NCBI GenBank assembly: GCA_042408215.1
Contig: JAYFMW010000005.1
Span: 352,001 to 416,000 of the forward strand
From: Microcoleus sp.
GTDB lineage: Bacteria; Cyanobacteriota; Cyanobacteriia; Cyanobacteriales; Microcoleaceae
Length of the DNA: 64,000 nt
Direction of reading: 5' to 3'
The notes under the pieces are model-generated. The model was given only the letters and a program-made list of their open reading frames with translations. It did not search any database and was not told the origin of the DNA. Positions 30,041-41,758 of this stretch are shown piece by piece; the stretch's first letter is position 1, and every line of letters starts with the position of its first letter. The position numbers and the translations under genes are program-made.

Positions 30041-32704
30041 TTATATATCTGAGCGGGGGTTGATTTGTTTTAATTCTAATCCTTTTTCAAAGATTTCGTC
30101 AATGGGCAGCATTTGACCGTCAGCAGTCATAAACTTGTGTTCTTTTGTGGCGCGAATTATCGACCCATCTTCCAGGCAATACTCAAAAACCTCCTGCGGC
30201 CCCCGGCGATGCCACTGTGCAATTGACTGTGTATAAATATGACCATTACTATCAACACTGTAAACACTGCATTGAATTTCTTCCTCAACGATTTTACCAA
30301 TGGCCATCGGCCCATATTCCACAGTCAATATCTGCGTGTCATAGCTCAAGCAATACTCTGCGAATTGTAGCATCTGCGCGAACAAATCTTCGGCAATTTT
30401 TTGAGGGACACCATTCTTAGTTGCCCCATCAATAAATGTTTCCTTTTGTTTCTGCATTTCATCAGCCTTCTTCTTACCCATTGCGCGGCGCAGCAAGTCA
30501 GCTTGACCCAAAGAATAGCCAGCCAAATCTTGAGCCATCCGCATAATTTGCTCTTGAAAACAAAGCGTTCCGTAAGTTTCTTTTAAAATTGGTTCTAACA
30601 GCGGATGGTCGTATTTAACCACCTCTCTGCCGTGTTTGCGATCGATAAATTGTGGAATCAAACCAGCATCCAGCGGGCCGGGACGGTAAAGTGCGAGAAT
30701 AGAAGAAATATCATCCAGACAAGAAGGTTTGATTTTTTTTACTACATCCAGCATCCCAGAAGATTCCAACTGAAAAATACCTTCTAAATCTCCTTTTTCT
30801 AAGAGTTTGTAAGTTTTTTCTACATCTTCAGGCAACTTTTTGTTCCTGGAAAATATCTCTTGAGCTCTGCGTTCTATATCAGAAGGTAAGCCTTCGGCAT
30901 CGATGGTTATATCTTGCGTTTGCTTAACATAATCAACGGTTTTTTGGAGCGTTGTTAAATTCTTGAGTCCCAAAAAGTCCATTTTTAGTAACCCCAAAAA
31001 TTCCAAATCTTCCATGAAATATTGGGTAATCACAGCACCTTCGTTATTCTTTTGCAGCGGTACAATTTCATCTAGGGGCTGGGAAGAAATCACCACACCT
31101 GCGGCGTGAACGCCATAGGTTTTGTTGGTTCCTTCTATGCGAATTGCCATGTCAATCCACTGACGGACTGGGACTTCGGTGCCAGTTTCTGCATTTATGC
31201 AAATTGTATTTTCGTAGTTGTCTCTAAATTCCTGTGCAGGTGTTTCACCGGAAATCATCACTTTGAGTTTTTCCGGTTTTCCTCGCGACACCGGAATCAT
31301 TTTTGCCATCTCGTCTGCTTTTTTGTAGGGAATGCCTAAAACTCTGGCAACATCTTTCAAGACAGCTTTTGATGTCATTCTGTTAAACGTAATAATTTGC
31401 GCTACGCGATCGGTGCCATATTTTTCAGTAACGTATTTAATCATGTCGTCCCGTCTGTCTATGCAGAAATCGCTATCAATATCTGGCATAGATTTGCGTT
31501 CGGGATTGAGAAATCGCTCGAATAGTAGTCCGTGGTGTACGGGGTCTATATTGGTAATTTTTAGGACGTAGGCAACTAGAGAACCTGCGGCAGAACCGCG
31601 TCCTGGCCCTACGGGAATATGGTTATCTCTAGCATATTTTATGTAGTCCCAAACCACTAAAAAGTATTCAGAAAAGCCCATCTGCTGAATCATTTTTAGT
31701 TCGTATTCTAGCCTTTGTTTGTAGATAGGTGGAATTTCATTGCGGGTGCGGGATTTGAGGCGTTCTAATAGTCCTAGCCAGGATATTTCTTCTACATAGG
31801 TATCGGCGGTATGTTCTGGGGGAATTGGGATTGTGGGAATCCGGGCTTCTCCTGTCAGTTCATATCTTGATACTTTATTTGCGACTTCTAGGGTATTTTC
31901 GATCGCCTCTTCGATCGCATCAGCATCTAAATGGTCTTGAAACAGTTGCGCCATCTCGTCAGCGGACTTAAGATACTCAGTGCCGCTGTAGCGCATCCGC
32001 TTGTCTTCTTCAATCAGTTTATTGGTGTTAATACACAACAAAGCATCGTGAGCTTCGACGTCGTTGCAAGAAATATAGTGAGAATCATTAGTAGCGACTA
32101 TTTTAATGTTGAGTTCGCGAGCGATTTTCACAATTTCAACATTCACAATCCGGTCTTCTTGGGAACCGTGGTCTTGAATTTCTAAATAGTAATCTTCCCC
32201 AAATACTTCTTGATACCATTGGGCGACTTCGCGGGCGACATCTAGCTTGTTTTGCAGAATCATTTGGGGAACTTCGCCGCCCAAACAAGCGCTGGTAACA
32301 ATTAAGCCTTCGGAGTATTGTTTTAGGAGTTCTTTATTGATGCAAGGGCGGGCAAAAATACCTCTTTCGGGCATTCCCTTTAAATGGGAAATTGTGGTAA
32401 GCTTTACTAAGTTTTTATAACCTTGGGTATTTTTAGCTAAAACAACTTGATGGTATTTTCTTCTACCTCGAACTTTTACTTCAATGTCGCCGTTGACGAC
32501 GTACATTTCGTTGCCAATAATCGGCTTAATATTTTTATTTCGACAAACTTTGATGAGTTCGATCGCCCCATACATCACCCCGTGGTCCGTAAGGGCGATC
32601 GCGGGCATCCCCAATTCTACCGCCCGTTCAGCTAGCTGCTGTAGCTGAGACGCCCCGTCTAGCAGGCTATAATCGCTGTGAATGTGCAAACCAACGAAGG
32701 ACAT
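30041..32704 (-). CDS. dnaE: DNA polymerase III alpha, N-terminal half, ending in a 103-aa split intein IntN
   Basis: PHP motif [40 protein letters not shown]. Confidence 0.96.
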   Translation of the reverse strand: MSFVGLHIHSDYSLLDGASQLQQLAERAVELGMPAIALTDHGVMYGAIELIKVCRNKNIKPIIGNEMYVVNGDIEVKVRGRRKYHQVVLAKNTQGYKNLVKLTTISHLKGMPERGIFARPCINKELLKQYSEGLIVTSACLGGEVPQMILQNKLDVAREVAQWYQEVFGEDYYLEIQDHGSQEDRIVNVEIVKIARELNIKIVATNDSHYISCNDVEAHDALLCINTNKLIEEDKRMRYSGTEYLKSADEMAQLFQDHLDADAIEEAIENTLEVANKVSRYELTGEARIPTIPIPPEHTADTYVEEISWLGLLERLKSRTRNEIPPIYKQRLEYELKMIQQMGFSEYFLVVWDYIKYARDNHIPVGPGRGSAAGSLVAYVLKITNIDPVHHGLLFERFLNPERKSMPDIDSDFCIDRRDDMIKYVTEKYGTDRVAQIITFNRMTSKAVLKDVARVLGIPYKKADEMAKMIPVSRGKPEKLKVMISGETPAQEFRDNYENTICINAETGTEVPVRQWIDMAIRIEGTNKTYGVHAAGVVISSQPLDEIVPLQKNNEGAVITQYFMEDLEFLGLLKMDFLGLKNLTTLQKTVDYVKQTQDITIDAEGLPSDIERRAQEIFSRNKKLPEDVEKTYKLLEKGDLEGIFQLESSGMLDVVKKIKPSCLDDISSILALYRPGPLDAGLIPQFIDRKHGREVVKYDHPLLEPILKETYGTLCFQEQIMRMAQDLAGYSLGQADLLRRAMGKKKADEMQKQKETFIDGATKNGVPQKIAEDLFAQMLQFAEYCLSYDTQILTVEYGPMAIGKIVEEEIQCSVYSVDSNGHIYTQSIAQWHRRGPQEVFEYCLEDGSIIRATKEHKFMTADGQMLPIDEIFEKGLELKQINPRSDI
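30044..30352 (-). other. DnaE split intein N-fragment (103 aa)
   Basis: Block A CLSYDT; block [10 protein letters not shown]. Confidence 0.95.
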
Positions 32705-32893
32705 AGGGATTTTAGATTTTACATTTTAGATTTTAGATTGTACACCATCCGCGTAGATAAAGATAAATTGATTTGAGATGTGATATTTTATACTAAATAT
32801 GAGTGAGTTACCCCCTTTTTAATGAACCGCTTTCGTCGCAGAGGGCGCAGAGAAAAGAGTAATTAGATGTGAGATTGTACATCGTTGATTTAC

Positions 32894-33313
32894 TTACAAA
32901 CTTGCTTGTTGCAAATAACGCTCCAAGTCTTTAATGCGTTCTTGTGTCACTCTGGCTCTGCAATAACCGTAGGTAGAAGCAGCCAAAGTACCGCCTTCAA
33001 ACTGCCCCTTTTCATAATCGCAAGATTCATCTCTAAACTTGAGCCAAGTACGCTGTGCCACCATCAATCTCTGCTTTTGTTTGCTGTTGAGTTTTGGCTG
33101 AAGTTGCTGATATACTTGATTGAGTTTTCTGTCTGCTGTCTGAAACTCTTGACTAGAACACAGATTCATGTCCAGTGTCGTTTGAGGACTTTTACAGTTA
33201 ACTTGTTGGGCGAGTTGTAAGGGAGTGTTGCTAGCTTTGCTGGGGAGTAAAAAACCGGCGGTCAACAACAGTGAACTCGCCGCCAATGTTGCCCAAATAG
33301 TGATATTTTTCAA
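32894..33313 (-). CDS. LprI/DUF1311 family secreted protein
   Basis: Signal peptide; C..MNLC...ADRKLNQVY, AQRTWLKFRD.C. Confidence 0.85.
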   Translation of the reverse strand: MKNITIWATLAASSLLLTAGFLLPSKASNTPLQLAQQVNCKSPQTTLDMNLCSSQEFQTADRKLNQVYQQLQPKLNSKQKQRLMVAQRTWLKFRDESCDYEKGQFEGGTLAASTYGYCRARVTQERIKDLERYLQQASL

Positions 33314-33329
33314 AATATTTACCCCTTGT

Positions 33330-33644
33330 TTAATTTTTAATGTTTTCGACGGGTTGAGCCGATCGCCAAATCCACCAAGCCGCCGCCCATAGAGTAAAAT
33401 TGCCAATGAGAGTCATAGCCGCTTGCAGGGTAACAATCCATTCGAGGGCTGGAGAGTTATCAAAATAGTGCCACGTACAGGCACACATAGCGCTGACTAG
33501 AGCGGGCAACATCCCGAAGGAAAGGGCCCACCAAGCCCGATTTTGGGTAACATCACCGTAAGTCCAAATTAGCCAGATGGCGGCAATCCACTCGACGACG
33601 CTAGAGATGTGAATAATCCAGGTGGGAATTGACAAAGCGTGCAT
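33330..33644 (-). CDS. DUF2499 (Ycf49-like) membrane protein
   Basis: HALSIPTWIIHISSVVEW; ACTWH. Confidence 0.85.
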   Translation of the reverse strand: MHALSIPTWIIHISSVVEWIAAIWLIWTYGDVTQNRAWWALSFGMLPALVSAMCACTWHYFDNSPALEWIVTLQAAMTLIGNFTLWAAAWWIWRSAQPVENIKN

Positions 33645-33704
33645 TTTTTGTATTCTGAAATAAGATGGAACAAGGAAGATCAAAGATCTATTTAGTTGTT
33701 TAAG

Positions 33705-33780
33705 GCTGTTGAATGTTAACTGTTGACTGTTGACTGTTGAATGTTGACTGTTGACTGTTAACTGTTGACTATTGACGGTT
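33705..33780. repeat. TGTTGAC heptamer tandem repeat
   Basis: About ten degenerate units. Confidence 0.8.
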
Positions 33781-33856
33781 AAAAGAATTTATGGATTGCA
33801 ACAATTAGATATGGTAATAGTTAGATTCCCCATCGTCAACAAATAAAAGAGTAAAA

Positions 33857-34900
33857 ATGCGAGCAATTTTGTGCGGCTATTACGGTAAAGGCAACGGCGG
33901 CGACGAGGCGCTGCTGGCCTCGCTATTACAGATGTTACCAGATGATGTGACACCGATCGTCCTTTCTGGCAATCCTGTCGAGACAAATCGCAGGTACGGA
34001 GTGCAAGCGCGCGATCGCATGAATGCGTTTCAAGTCCTCGAAGCACTCCGCACCTCAGATGCGCTGATTTGGGGAGGCGGCAGTTTAATCCAAGACGCTA
34101 CTAGCACGATCAGCCCATTTTATTATGGCGGTTTGATGGGATTAGCGCAACAGATGGGCTTAAAAACTATTGCTTGGGCCCAGGGAATTGGGCCTTTGAA
34201 TCGAGAAATTACCCGTAAGTTATCTCAGCGGTGTTTTGCTGGATGTACTGCCGTTAGCGTGCGCGATAAAGGCTCAGCTACTTTACTTGCAGATTGGCAA
34301 ATTCCCTTTACTTTAGCGCCCGATCCCGTGTGGGCTTTGGAAAACTCACCCGTGTCTGGTTTGTGGGATTTACCAGCGCCGAGAGTTGCGGTTTGTTTGC
34401 GTAACCATCCTACACTAACTCCCGCCCGTTTGTCAACCCTAACTCGCGCTTTAATTGACTTTCAAAAAGCCACTCGCACCTTGATTTTACTGCTACCTTT
34501 TCAAGCTTCTCAAGACTTAGAAATCGCGAAATATCTGCGGGAAGCGATGCCGACAACCAGCCGGATTCTCAGTTTAGAAGATCCGAGGAAATTGAAAGGA
34601 GTATTCCGGGGAGTAGAAATGGCGATCGGGATGCGTTACCATAGTTTAATTATGGCAGCCTCGGAAGAATGCCGCTGTTTTGCCCTCAGCTACGACCCCA
34701 AAGTCAGTCAGTTGATGGACGAGTTAGAAATGCCGGGATACTTATTATCAGAATTGCCAGAAGATCCTTATTTAATCAGCAAAACCTGGATCGAACACTA
34801 TGCCAATGGCGACGCATTATCGCCAGAAAGGATCAAATTTATAGTAGGGCGATCGCTGTTTCATCAAGAAGTATTGAGAACCGCCCTCCCACAATCCTAG
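33857..34900 (+). CDS. csaB: Polysaccharide pyruvyl transferase
   Basis: GYYGKGNGGDEALL, GGGSLIQD, AQGIGP and MRYH. Confidence 0.92.
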   Translation: MRAILCGYYGKGNGGDEALLASLLQMLPDDVTPIVLSGNPVETNRRYGVQARDRMNAFQVLEALRTSDALIWGGGSLIQDATSTISPFYYGGLMGLAQQMGLKTIAWAQGIGPLNREITRKLSQRCFAGCTAVSVRDKGSATLLADWQIPFTLAPDPVWALENSPVSGLWDLPAPRVAVCLRNHPTLTPARLSTLTRALIDFQKATRTLILLLPFQASQDLEIAKYLREAMPTTSRILSLEDPRKLKGVFRGVEMAIGMRYHSLIMAASEECRCFALSYDPKVSQLMDELEMPGYLLSELPEDPYLISKTWIEHYANGDALSPERIKFIVGRSLFHQEVLRTALPQS

Positions 34901-34916
34901 TAAGAGGTAAAATACC

Positions 34917-35627
34917 ATGACAGTCAGTACAGCAGACTTAAAAATTACCTGGGAAAAATTGCCAGAGGATTTCATTTTAGACGAGGAACCTGTGGAAAAT
35001 ATCGACCAGCCCTTGCTAGCTGCGGCCTTGCGAGAAATATTAGAAATTGCTGGGCTAATTGTAGAAGGAATATTAATTGTCTCAAATATGGGGATTTGTG
35101 CGACAGTAGACAACAAGCTAGTTATCAAAGCCCCAGATTGGTTTTATGCCCGCAACGTACAGCCGCTTTCTAGTCAAGAAATCCGCCGCAGTTACACTCC
35201 CAACTTAGAAGGGGAAATTCCAGATATAGTCATGGAATTTTTGTCGGCGACGGCCAATGATGAATATTCCAACAAAAAAACTTATCCACCAGGGAAATGG
35301 TTTTTTTACGAACAAGTATTGCGAGTTCCAATCTATGCACTTTTTGAGCCGGTCACCGGAGTGCTAGAAATGTACCAGTTGGATTCATTAGGAAATTATG
35401 AAGTACAACAACCCGATTTAAACGGTCGTTATTGGATTCCAGGAGTAGGGTTATTTCTGGGCGTTTGGGAGGGAACAAAAGCTGAAAGAACCGGAGCTTG
35501 GTTGCGGTGGTGGGATGAAAGCGGAGAGATGTTATTGTGGGGAGCAGAAATGGTAGAAAGAGAAAGGCAAAGATCCGATCGACTAGCTGCACAATTAAGA
35601 GCAGCAGGCATTGAACCAGAAGCTTGA
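34917..35627 (+). CDS. Uma2/DUF820 family putative endonuclease
   Basis: KAPDW, VMEFLS, K..FYEQVL and WLRWWD. Confidence 0.88.
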   Translation: MTVSTADLKITWEKLPEDFILDEEPVENIDQPLLAAALREILEIAGLIVEGILIVSNMGICATVDNKLVIKAPDWFYARNVQPLSSQEIRRSYTPNLEGEIPDIVMEFLSATANDEYSNKKTYPPGKWFFYEQVLRVPIYALFEPVTGVLEMYQLDSLGNYEVQQPDLNGRYWIPGVGLFLGVWEGTKAERTGAWLRWWDESGEMLLWGAEMVERERQRSDRLAAQLRAAGIEPEA

Positions 35628-35802
35628 TATAATAATTAGAAATGAAAAACCGTAACACTGCTATTTTTCATTTCTAATTGGGCGATCGCTAATTCGCGAA
35701 CAAGAATTAAACAACATCGCAAAAATCAGTATTCATCTGCGTTAATCTGCTGTTAATCTGCCTTCATCAGCGGTTAAAAATCACATTCAGGAGACATCAA
35801 AA

Positions 35803-36435
35803 TTGGCAAGAGTTAGAGTTAGGGAACACGTCAATCCACTATCCATGAGATATCAAGCATCCGCAAGTCCCCCGGATTGGACAAAAATCTATGCTGACTT
35901 AAATTTGCCGCTGCATTTAGATATCGGCTGCGGCAGAGGACGGTTTTTATGGCACATGGCGCAAATCCAAACAGACTGGAATTTTCTCGGATTAGAAATT
36001 CGGGAACCTTTAGTAGAAGAGGCGAATGTTTGGCGGGATGAAAAAGGCTTGACAAATCTGCACTATTTGTTTTGTAATGCTAATAGTTCCCTGAAGCCAA
36101 TTTTAGAAACTTTTCCCGCAGGTATTTTGCAGCGGGTTAGCATTCAGTTTCCCGATCCCTGGTTCAAAAACAAACACCATAAACGGCGGGTAGTCCAACC
36201 GGAATTAGTCAATGATTTGGCAACTTATCTGGCAATTGGTGGCGAAGTTTTTATTCAATCTGATATTGAAGAAGTAGAAAGGGAAATGTGCGATCGCTTT
36301 TCATCTCACCCCACTTTTCAACGCCAAAACGGTGATAACTGGCTAGCAGAAAATCCCCTACCTGTGGCGACTGAAAGAGAAATTGGTAGACTAAAACGCG
36401 GCGAACCAGTCTATCGAGCACTGTATCAAAAATAA
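35803..36435 (+). CDS. trmB: tRNA (guanine-N7) methyltransferase
   Basis: [15 protein letters not shown] and FPDPWFK..H.KRR. Confidence 0.95.
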   Translation: MARVRVREHVNPLSMRYQASASPPDWTKIYADLNLPLHLDIGCGRGRFLWHMAQIQTDWNFLGLEIREPLVEEANVWRDEKGLTNLHYLFCNANSSLKPILETFPAGILQRVSIQFPDPWFKNKHHKRRVVQPELVNDLATYLAIGGEVFIQSDIEEVEREMCDRFSSHPTFQRQNGDNWLAENPLPVATEREIGRLKRGEPVYRALYQK

Positions 36436-36454
36436 TCCTCGCTGATCTCACAGC

Positions 36455-36562
36455 TATAGCCTTTCTCAGAAAGATGAGGTACGACTGGGCATAGGGCATG
36501 GGGCATGGGGCATAGGGCATAGGGTTCCGTGGGCATACCTCACTTTTTTGAGAACCGCTATA
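36455..36562. mobile_element. MITE with TATAGC..TTCTC/GAGAA..GCTATA ends and internal GGGCATA heptamers, copy 1
   Basis: Terminal inverted repeats shared with 48039..48161. Confidence 0.7.
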
Positions 36563-36636
36563 TGTAATCTACTCGCTCTATTTGTCAGGTGCATAAGCAC
36601 CCTACAAATAGAGTCTGTGCGTAAGTCTTATCTAAC

Positions 36637-38151
36637 TTAAACCCAAGAAGGAAGCCACATCCTAATTTTCCATTCAATTGGCGACAAAGGCAGCCCCAAA
36701 TACACAGGCATCCAAAAAATAAAAGCACCCACAACCAGAAAAATAATCGTCACTCCCATCCCTCGGAGGCGAGTTAGAGGGCTGTGCAGCCACCTGTCAA
36801 CCCACCAAGCAAGTGCTAGGGATGCAAATACAGAACAGCCCATATAATGATACAAAAATATGCAGCGAGTCACCTTTACCCAAGGCAGCAAATTAGCGGT
36901 CCAGTTAACTATTAAATAGAGTGTCAGCCACATTTCAACAGTCGGGGGAAACAAAAGCGGCTGCTGCTGTTCTATTAGTGCCACAGAAGCCTCGCTGCGC
37001 GTTCTCACCCACACCCAAACCCGGTGAACTAAAATTGCCACTACTAACATTAAAGCTAAGGTGGACAGCCACCAGAGAGCCGGATTTCCCATCGCGTGAA
37101 CGTCAAAAATTACCTGAGTTGTACCTTCGGGTAAAGGCGGCAAAACCGGATCGGGTTGTGCATTGTTGGTAGCAGTTTTGTAGAAGTAAACTATCGGGCG
37201 CAGCATCACAGGCCAACTGTACCACGCGGAACAGTAAGGATGCACGTCTGGGCCACTTTTAATCCGCTGGTGATAAGTCAAAATTTCCGTTTGCATCTGC
37301 CAGAAATTGGGAGTTGGATTGAGTAGCAGGTGAGGAATCCAAGATATGCTGTAAACTAAAATAGGAATAATAGCTAAACTTAGCCCTACTTCTAAAAAGT
37401 TGAGTTTAGTCAATTTTTGCACCGGACTTTCGCCGGGAATCAGAGCCGAATTTCCCTCGCGGCTGGGTTCTTCCTCTCCTTTATTTCCCTGAATAAAACG
37501 CACCGCCCAAGCGCATATTAAAATTAGATAAGTGCCGAATAGAAACCATAAACCGTTCCATTTGATAGCAGCAGAGCCGCCGAAACCAACACCCGCTAGT
37601 ATTAACGAAAGCCAGCGCTTTTTGCCTTCAGATTCGACGGATTTCAGAATAAATAACTGACCCAAAATTCCAAATAATACCAGATAAATATTATTCAGTG
37701 CGTAGCGAGATTCAACTAAAAATAAACCGTCGCAGGCGGCAAACAAGGCAGCAATAAAAGCATAACTACGGCGTTTAACTAGCTGATAGGCTAGGGCTCC
37801 GACAACTAGGGGAATAAAGGAGCCTGTGAGAGCATTGATCCAGCGATAATCCCAAGGGGAAAGCAGGGAACCGGTCATACTGTTGACGGCGGTTTTTCCG
37901 AAGGGAAGGTGAGAACCTATCCAGATGCCGATCGCAATTATGTATTGACTCAGAGGCGGGTGAGCGTTGAAAAAAGGAGTTTTGGTGAGATAATCGTTGG
38001 CAAATTTAGCGTAGTAAACCTCGTCAAATACTAAAGTGTTAAATCGCTCTAGTTCCCAAAATCGGAGAGTTAAGGAGATGAGGAAAACGCCGAGCATTCC
38101 CAGGGAAAAAACCCAAGTTGATTTGTTGAAGAGTTTTTTGTTGAGTTTCAT
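36637..38151 (-). CDS. Phospholipid-carrier glycosyltransferase (PMT/GT39-like)
   Basis: FDEVYY, HPPL, HPYCS and FLYHY; many transmembrane segments. Confidence 0.88.
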   Translation of the reverse strand: MKLNKKLFNKSTWVFSLGMLGVFLISLTLRFWELERFNTLVFDEVYYAKFANDYLTKTPFFNAHPPLSQYIIAIGIWIGSHLPFGKTAVNSMTGSLLSPWDYRWINALTGSFIPLVVGALAYQLVKRRSYAFIAALFAACDGLFLVESRYALNNIYLVLFGILGQLFILKSVESEGKKRWLSLILAGVGFGGSAAIKWNGLWFLFGTYLILICAWAVRFIQGNKGEEEPSREGNSALIPGESPVQKLTKLNFLEVGLSLAIIPILVYSISWIPHLLLNPTPNFWQMQTEILTYHQRIKSGPDVHPYCSAWYSWPVMLRPIVYFYKTATNNAQPDPVLPPLPEGTTQVIFDVHAMGNPALWWLSTLALMLVVAILVHRVWVWVRTRSEASVALIEQQQPLLFPPTVEMWLTLYLIVNWTANLLPWVKVTRCIFLYHYMGCSVFASLALAWWVDRWLHSPLTRLRGMGVTIIFLVVGAFIFWMPVYLGLPLSPIEWKIRMWLPSWV

Positions 38152-38468
38152 AAAACAGCAGAAAATAGTAGATGCTAGATTTGAGGGCGCTAACTTAAAA
38201 ATACTGAGTTGAGTTGCTGTACGGTGCTATTGCCATTCTATCCATTGTCTCACAATATCTTCTAGTTCCCCAGTCAACGAATCAGTTGCATAAAGAGCAG
38301 AGTAGAAGATGATCTACTTCTTCCTTCTTCTTCCTTCTTCCTTCGTGTCCTTCGCGTCTTCGCGGTTCAATAATACTAATTCTTCGGGTCCGAAAGGATA
38401 AATTATACCAAAAAAAAGCAGCTCTGCTTGCCGCAGAACCGCCCTAACAGAGGATCAAAAACTCAAAC

Positions 38469-39545
38469 TTAATGCACAGCACCTTCTGTAGAAGGCGCAT
38501 CGATTGTCTTCAGGAAGTAAAGCTTCAATAATTGCCAGCCGTTGGACAAATACAGAGGCAATTTTTGGAACAATTGCAAGAATTTCGGAGTATTAGAAGC
38601 TACAATTGCTGTCAATTGCTGATTATTCTTGAGACAAACATCCAGCCGTTCATAAAACTCTGGATTGTTCACATCTAGCATGACTGGGAATACTCGACCG
38701 GCGGTTTCGTTGGTCTTTTTGATGACTTCGATGTCGTACTCGCGAGCATCTAGGCCGAGCGATCGATAAAAACCGCCTCTCTGGATATCATTGAGATACA
38801 TTGTGGCGAATACCGACAGCAAGAAGAAACGACACCAAAGTTTCGCCTTCCAATCGTTCAACATCTGAGGCTGAGCTTTCATCACCGCATCGAAGAAATC
38901 TCCGTGGCGGTTTTCATCCTGACACCAATTTTCAAAGAATCGGAAAATCGGATAAATCCGGTCTTCAGGATGCGCTTCCAAGTGGCGGTAAATCGTGATG
39001 TAGCGCCAATAACCGATCTTTTCAGACAAGTAAGTAGCGTAGAAAATGAATTTCGGTTTAAAGAAAGTGTAGCTGCGGCTCTTGGTCAGGAAACCCAAAT
39101 CCAGGGACAAATTAAAGTCCGAGAGAGCTTTGTTCAGGAATCCGGCGTGCCGCGCTTCATCCCGCGACATCAGCAAGAAACCCTCCGCCAGCACTGGATT
39201 TTTGTCCTTGAGCCTGCGTCCCAACTCTTTGTAGAGCAAGAAACCTGAAAACTCAGCGGTGCAGGAACGTTCTAGAAACTCAATGAACAACTGGCGCTTC
39301 TCGCCGTCAATGTGATCCCAAGATTGAGCGAACTCCTCATCTCGCACGAAGTGGTTTTTGTTGTAGTCAACGCGGAACTCTTGCATAATTGCTTCTAGTT
39401 CGGCTTCATTGAGCGAGATGTCCATTTTTGCCATCTCGTCAAAGTCTGTCGTGTAAAATCTCGGCGTGAGGATAGTTTCTTTGGCTGGGGTTTTCACTCC
39501 AGGCCGCATTTCTTCAAAGGCGGGTTTTTTGAGGGAATCTACCAT
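38469..39545 (-). CDS. acsF: Mg-protoporphyrin IX monomethyl ester cyclase
   Basis: [22 protein letters not shown] and DENRH. Confidence 0.97.
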   Translation of the reverse strand: MVDSLKKPAFEEMRPGVKTPAKETILTPRFYTTDFDEMAKMDISLNEAELEAIMQEFRVDYNKNHFVRDEEFAQSWDHIDGEKRQLFIEFLERSCTAEFSGFLLYKELGRRLKDKNPVLAEGFLLMSRDEARHAGFLNKALSDFNLSLDLGFLTKSRSYTFFKPKFIFYATYLSEKIGYWRYITIYRHLEAHPEDRIYPIFRFFENWCQDENRHGDFFDAVMKAQPQMLNDWKAKLWCRFFLLSVFATMYLNDIQRGGFYRSLGLDAREYDIEVIKKTNETAGRVFPVMLDVNNPEFYERLDVCLKNNQQLTAIVASNTPKFLQLFQKLPLYLSNGWQLLKLYFLKTIDAPSTEGAVH

Positions 39546-39816
39546 AGGTTTATTGGATTTCGGTTATAACTACTCGCTGGTTTTGGTTGGCCTGGTACTG
39601 CGATCGCCAGTGACGCGCTCTTGTATTTCCACTCAGCGATCGCCAAGATCGCAGTTTGGCTCTGTGTGGTATTCAGGTCAATGCTGCTGTACTTTTTACG
39701 CTCTCTAGTTTACCAACCTCTCGACCCTGGAAATATGTTGCTGGCGTTAAGAATTGCTACGCAGACTCTTTGACAACATATCTTGCACTGGCCGAAAGCC
39801 GAAGGTAGAAGGCTCA

Positions 39817-40196
39817 TTGACACTCTCCGGGTTAAAACCACGGAGATTCTTAAGACCACAATTTTAGTCTTAAAGGCGCTGACAAATCGCCTCTACACGC
39901 TCAAAACAACTACTAATACCAGAAGTATTGCAATTGCGCTTACTTTGATCTTTTTATGCTTTCAGAGTCCATCACGCCCGCCAGTTAGGTACGCTCAACA
40001 ATTCACTGTTGCTTGTTTAACCAGACTACGATCGAGTCGAGGCGAAGCTCAATCAGGAGTTGCACCTTTTGAGATTGTTTCAACACGTAGATGGTTGTTC
40101 TTACTCGCCTTTTAAAAGGTAACAACTATTATAACACAAAGCCGTCCTAGAAGGACGGGGCTTGGGCCCTGCGAAGCGCAGGGCCCATTTTTTTTG
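39817..40196 (-). mobile_element. Non-autonomous IS200/IS605-family element (380 bp) with internal cargo
   Basis: Left end CAAAAAAAATGGG..CAAGCCCCGTCCTTCTAGGACGGCTTT resembles 52619; right end AAGAATCTCCG..CGGAGAGTGTCAA. Confidence 0.8.
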
Positions 40197-40376
40197 GTGA
40201 GAAGACACCGATCGCCCAAAATCCAGCCTTTTGTTAATTTAGAGGATATAGCATAAATCAATTTAATTGTCAAGCCGATCTTCGATCGCATACTGAAAAC
40301 AAACCTGGAGAAAGCATTGCCGACAAAATCGGCTAGAATGTTTGTTTGTCTATATCAGCAGCAAGTATTTACAGTC

Positions 40377-40550
40377 ATGGCAGTCCCTAAGAAGAAAACC
40401 TCAAAATCCAAGAAGAATATGCGTAAGGCAACCTGGAAGCGCAAAGCTGTGGTGGCAGCTCAGAAAGCTTTGTCCCTGGGCAAATCCGTTCTGACTGGGC
40501 GTTCCAACAGCTTTGTGTATCCCGGTAATGAAGAAGAAGAGGAAGAGTAA
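40377..40550 (+). CDS. rpmF: 50S ribosomal protein L32
   Basis: [12 protein letters not shown]. Confidence 0.96.
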   Translation: MAVPKKKTSKSKKNMRKATWKRKAVVAAQKALSLGKSVLTGRSNSFVYPGNEEEEEE

Positions 40551-40588
40551 AACAGGAAGACGGGGCATCGGGTTGGCCCAATGCCCCA

Positions 40589-41758
40589 TCAGTCAATCAC
40601 CTCTTCGATCGCATACGCTTCGGGCAAAATCAGCATGGCATCGCCAAAGGAATAAAAGCGGTACTGCTGGGCGATCGCCTCTTGATACAAATCCAGCACC
40701 CGCGATCGACCAATCATCGCACTGATCATCATCAGCAAAGTAGAGCGGGGTAAGTGAAAATTGGTAATCATCCCATCTACCACCCGCCACTTGTATCCCG
40801 GATAAATAAACAAATTTGTCTGGCCGGAAAAAGGTTGCAAGGGAAAATCACCAATTGGCGTTCCTGTGGCCGCCGCAGCCCCCTCTAAAGCTCGCACCGC
40901 TGTGGTACCCACAGCAATAATCCGCCCGCCTCTGGCTTGAGTTTCGCGGATTTTTTCGACGGTGGCGGGGGATACTTCCACCCATTCTCCATGCATTTGG
41001 TGAGTCGTCACGTCTGCCACCTCCACGGGGCGAAAAGTTCCTACCCCGACGTGGAGGGTGACAAAAGTTGTTTCGATTCCCCGCTGCTGCAAGCGGCTGA
41101 ACAAGTCTTGGGTGAAGTGTAGGCCAGCAGTGGGGGCTGCGATCGCCCCTAGTCGATCGGCATAAACAGTCTGGTACTGTTCCGGCGCAGCTTGGGAATT
41201 GTCAATGTAGGGCGGTAGGGGTACGTGGCCGTATTCGTCCAAAAACGGCACTAGAGACATCTCTGTCGGCAGATCAAACTCCAACAGCCGCCCTCCTGTG
41301 GCGTCATCCCTGGCTACAACTGTCGCAGTCAAGTGTTCGGTTAGTGTGGCTACGGCCCCTTGTGGAATGCAACAACAAGGGCCTGCTGCTTCCTCGTCGC
41401 AATGTGGGGCGATCGGATCGAACTCAATTTTTGCTCCCAACTTCAAGCGTTTTCCAGGCTTAACCAAAGCCAGCCAGCAGTTGTGCTCTCGTTCTTCCAT
41501 TAACAATATCTCCACAGCCGGCCCGTTGGGTTTGTGCCCGTAAAGCCTAGCTGGGAGCACGCGGGTATTGTTCAGTACCAGCAAGTCACCTGGATTCAGC
41601 AAATCTGGTAAATCCCGGAAAATCCGGTGTTGCTGGCTGCTGGGAGAATCTACCGCCAGCAAGCGAGAACTGTCCCTCGGCACTACGGGATTTTGGGCAA
41701 TGTGCGAGGGCGGAAGTTCGTAGTCATAACCGTCCAAAGACCAGTCTATCTCTGTCAT
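40589..41758 (-). CDS. queA: SAM:tRNA ribosyltransferase-isomerase
   Basis: [29 protein letters not shown] and YSFGDAM. Confidence 0.97.
   Translation of the reverse strand: MTEIDWSLDGYDYELPPSHIAQNPVVPRDSSRLLAVDSPSSQQHRIFRDLPDLLNPGDLLVLNNTRVLPARLYGHKPNGPAVEILLMEEREHNCWLALVKPGKRLKLGAKIEFDPIAPHCDEEAAGPCCCIPQGAVATLTEHLTATVVARDDATGGRLLEFDLPTEMSLVPFLDEYGHVPLPPYIDNSQAAPEQYQTVYADRLGAIAAPTAGLHFTQDLFSRLQQRGIETTFVTLHVGVGTFRPVEVADVTTHQMHGEWVEVSPATVEKIRETQARGGRIIAVGTTAVRALEGAAAATGTPIGDFPLQPFSGQTNLFIYPGYKWRVVDGMITNFHLPRSTLLMMISAMIGRSRVLDLYQEAIAQQYRFYSFGDAMLILPEAYAIEEVID

Noticed and set aside
29260..30352. Single contiguous maxi-intein broken by a sequencing error
   Set aside because: Would need a stop removed plus two frame changes; the downstream half has its own RBS
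39783..40115. 110-aa plus-strand ORF
   Set aside because: Crosses the element boundary and has no recognisable motifs
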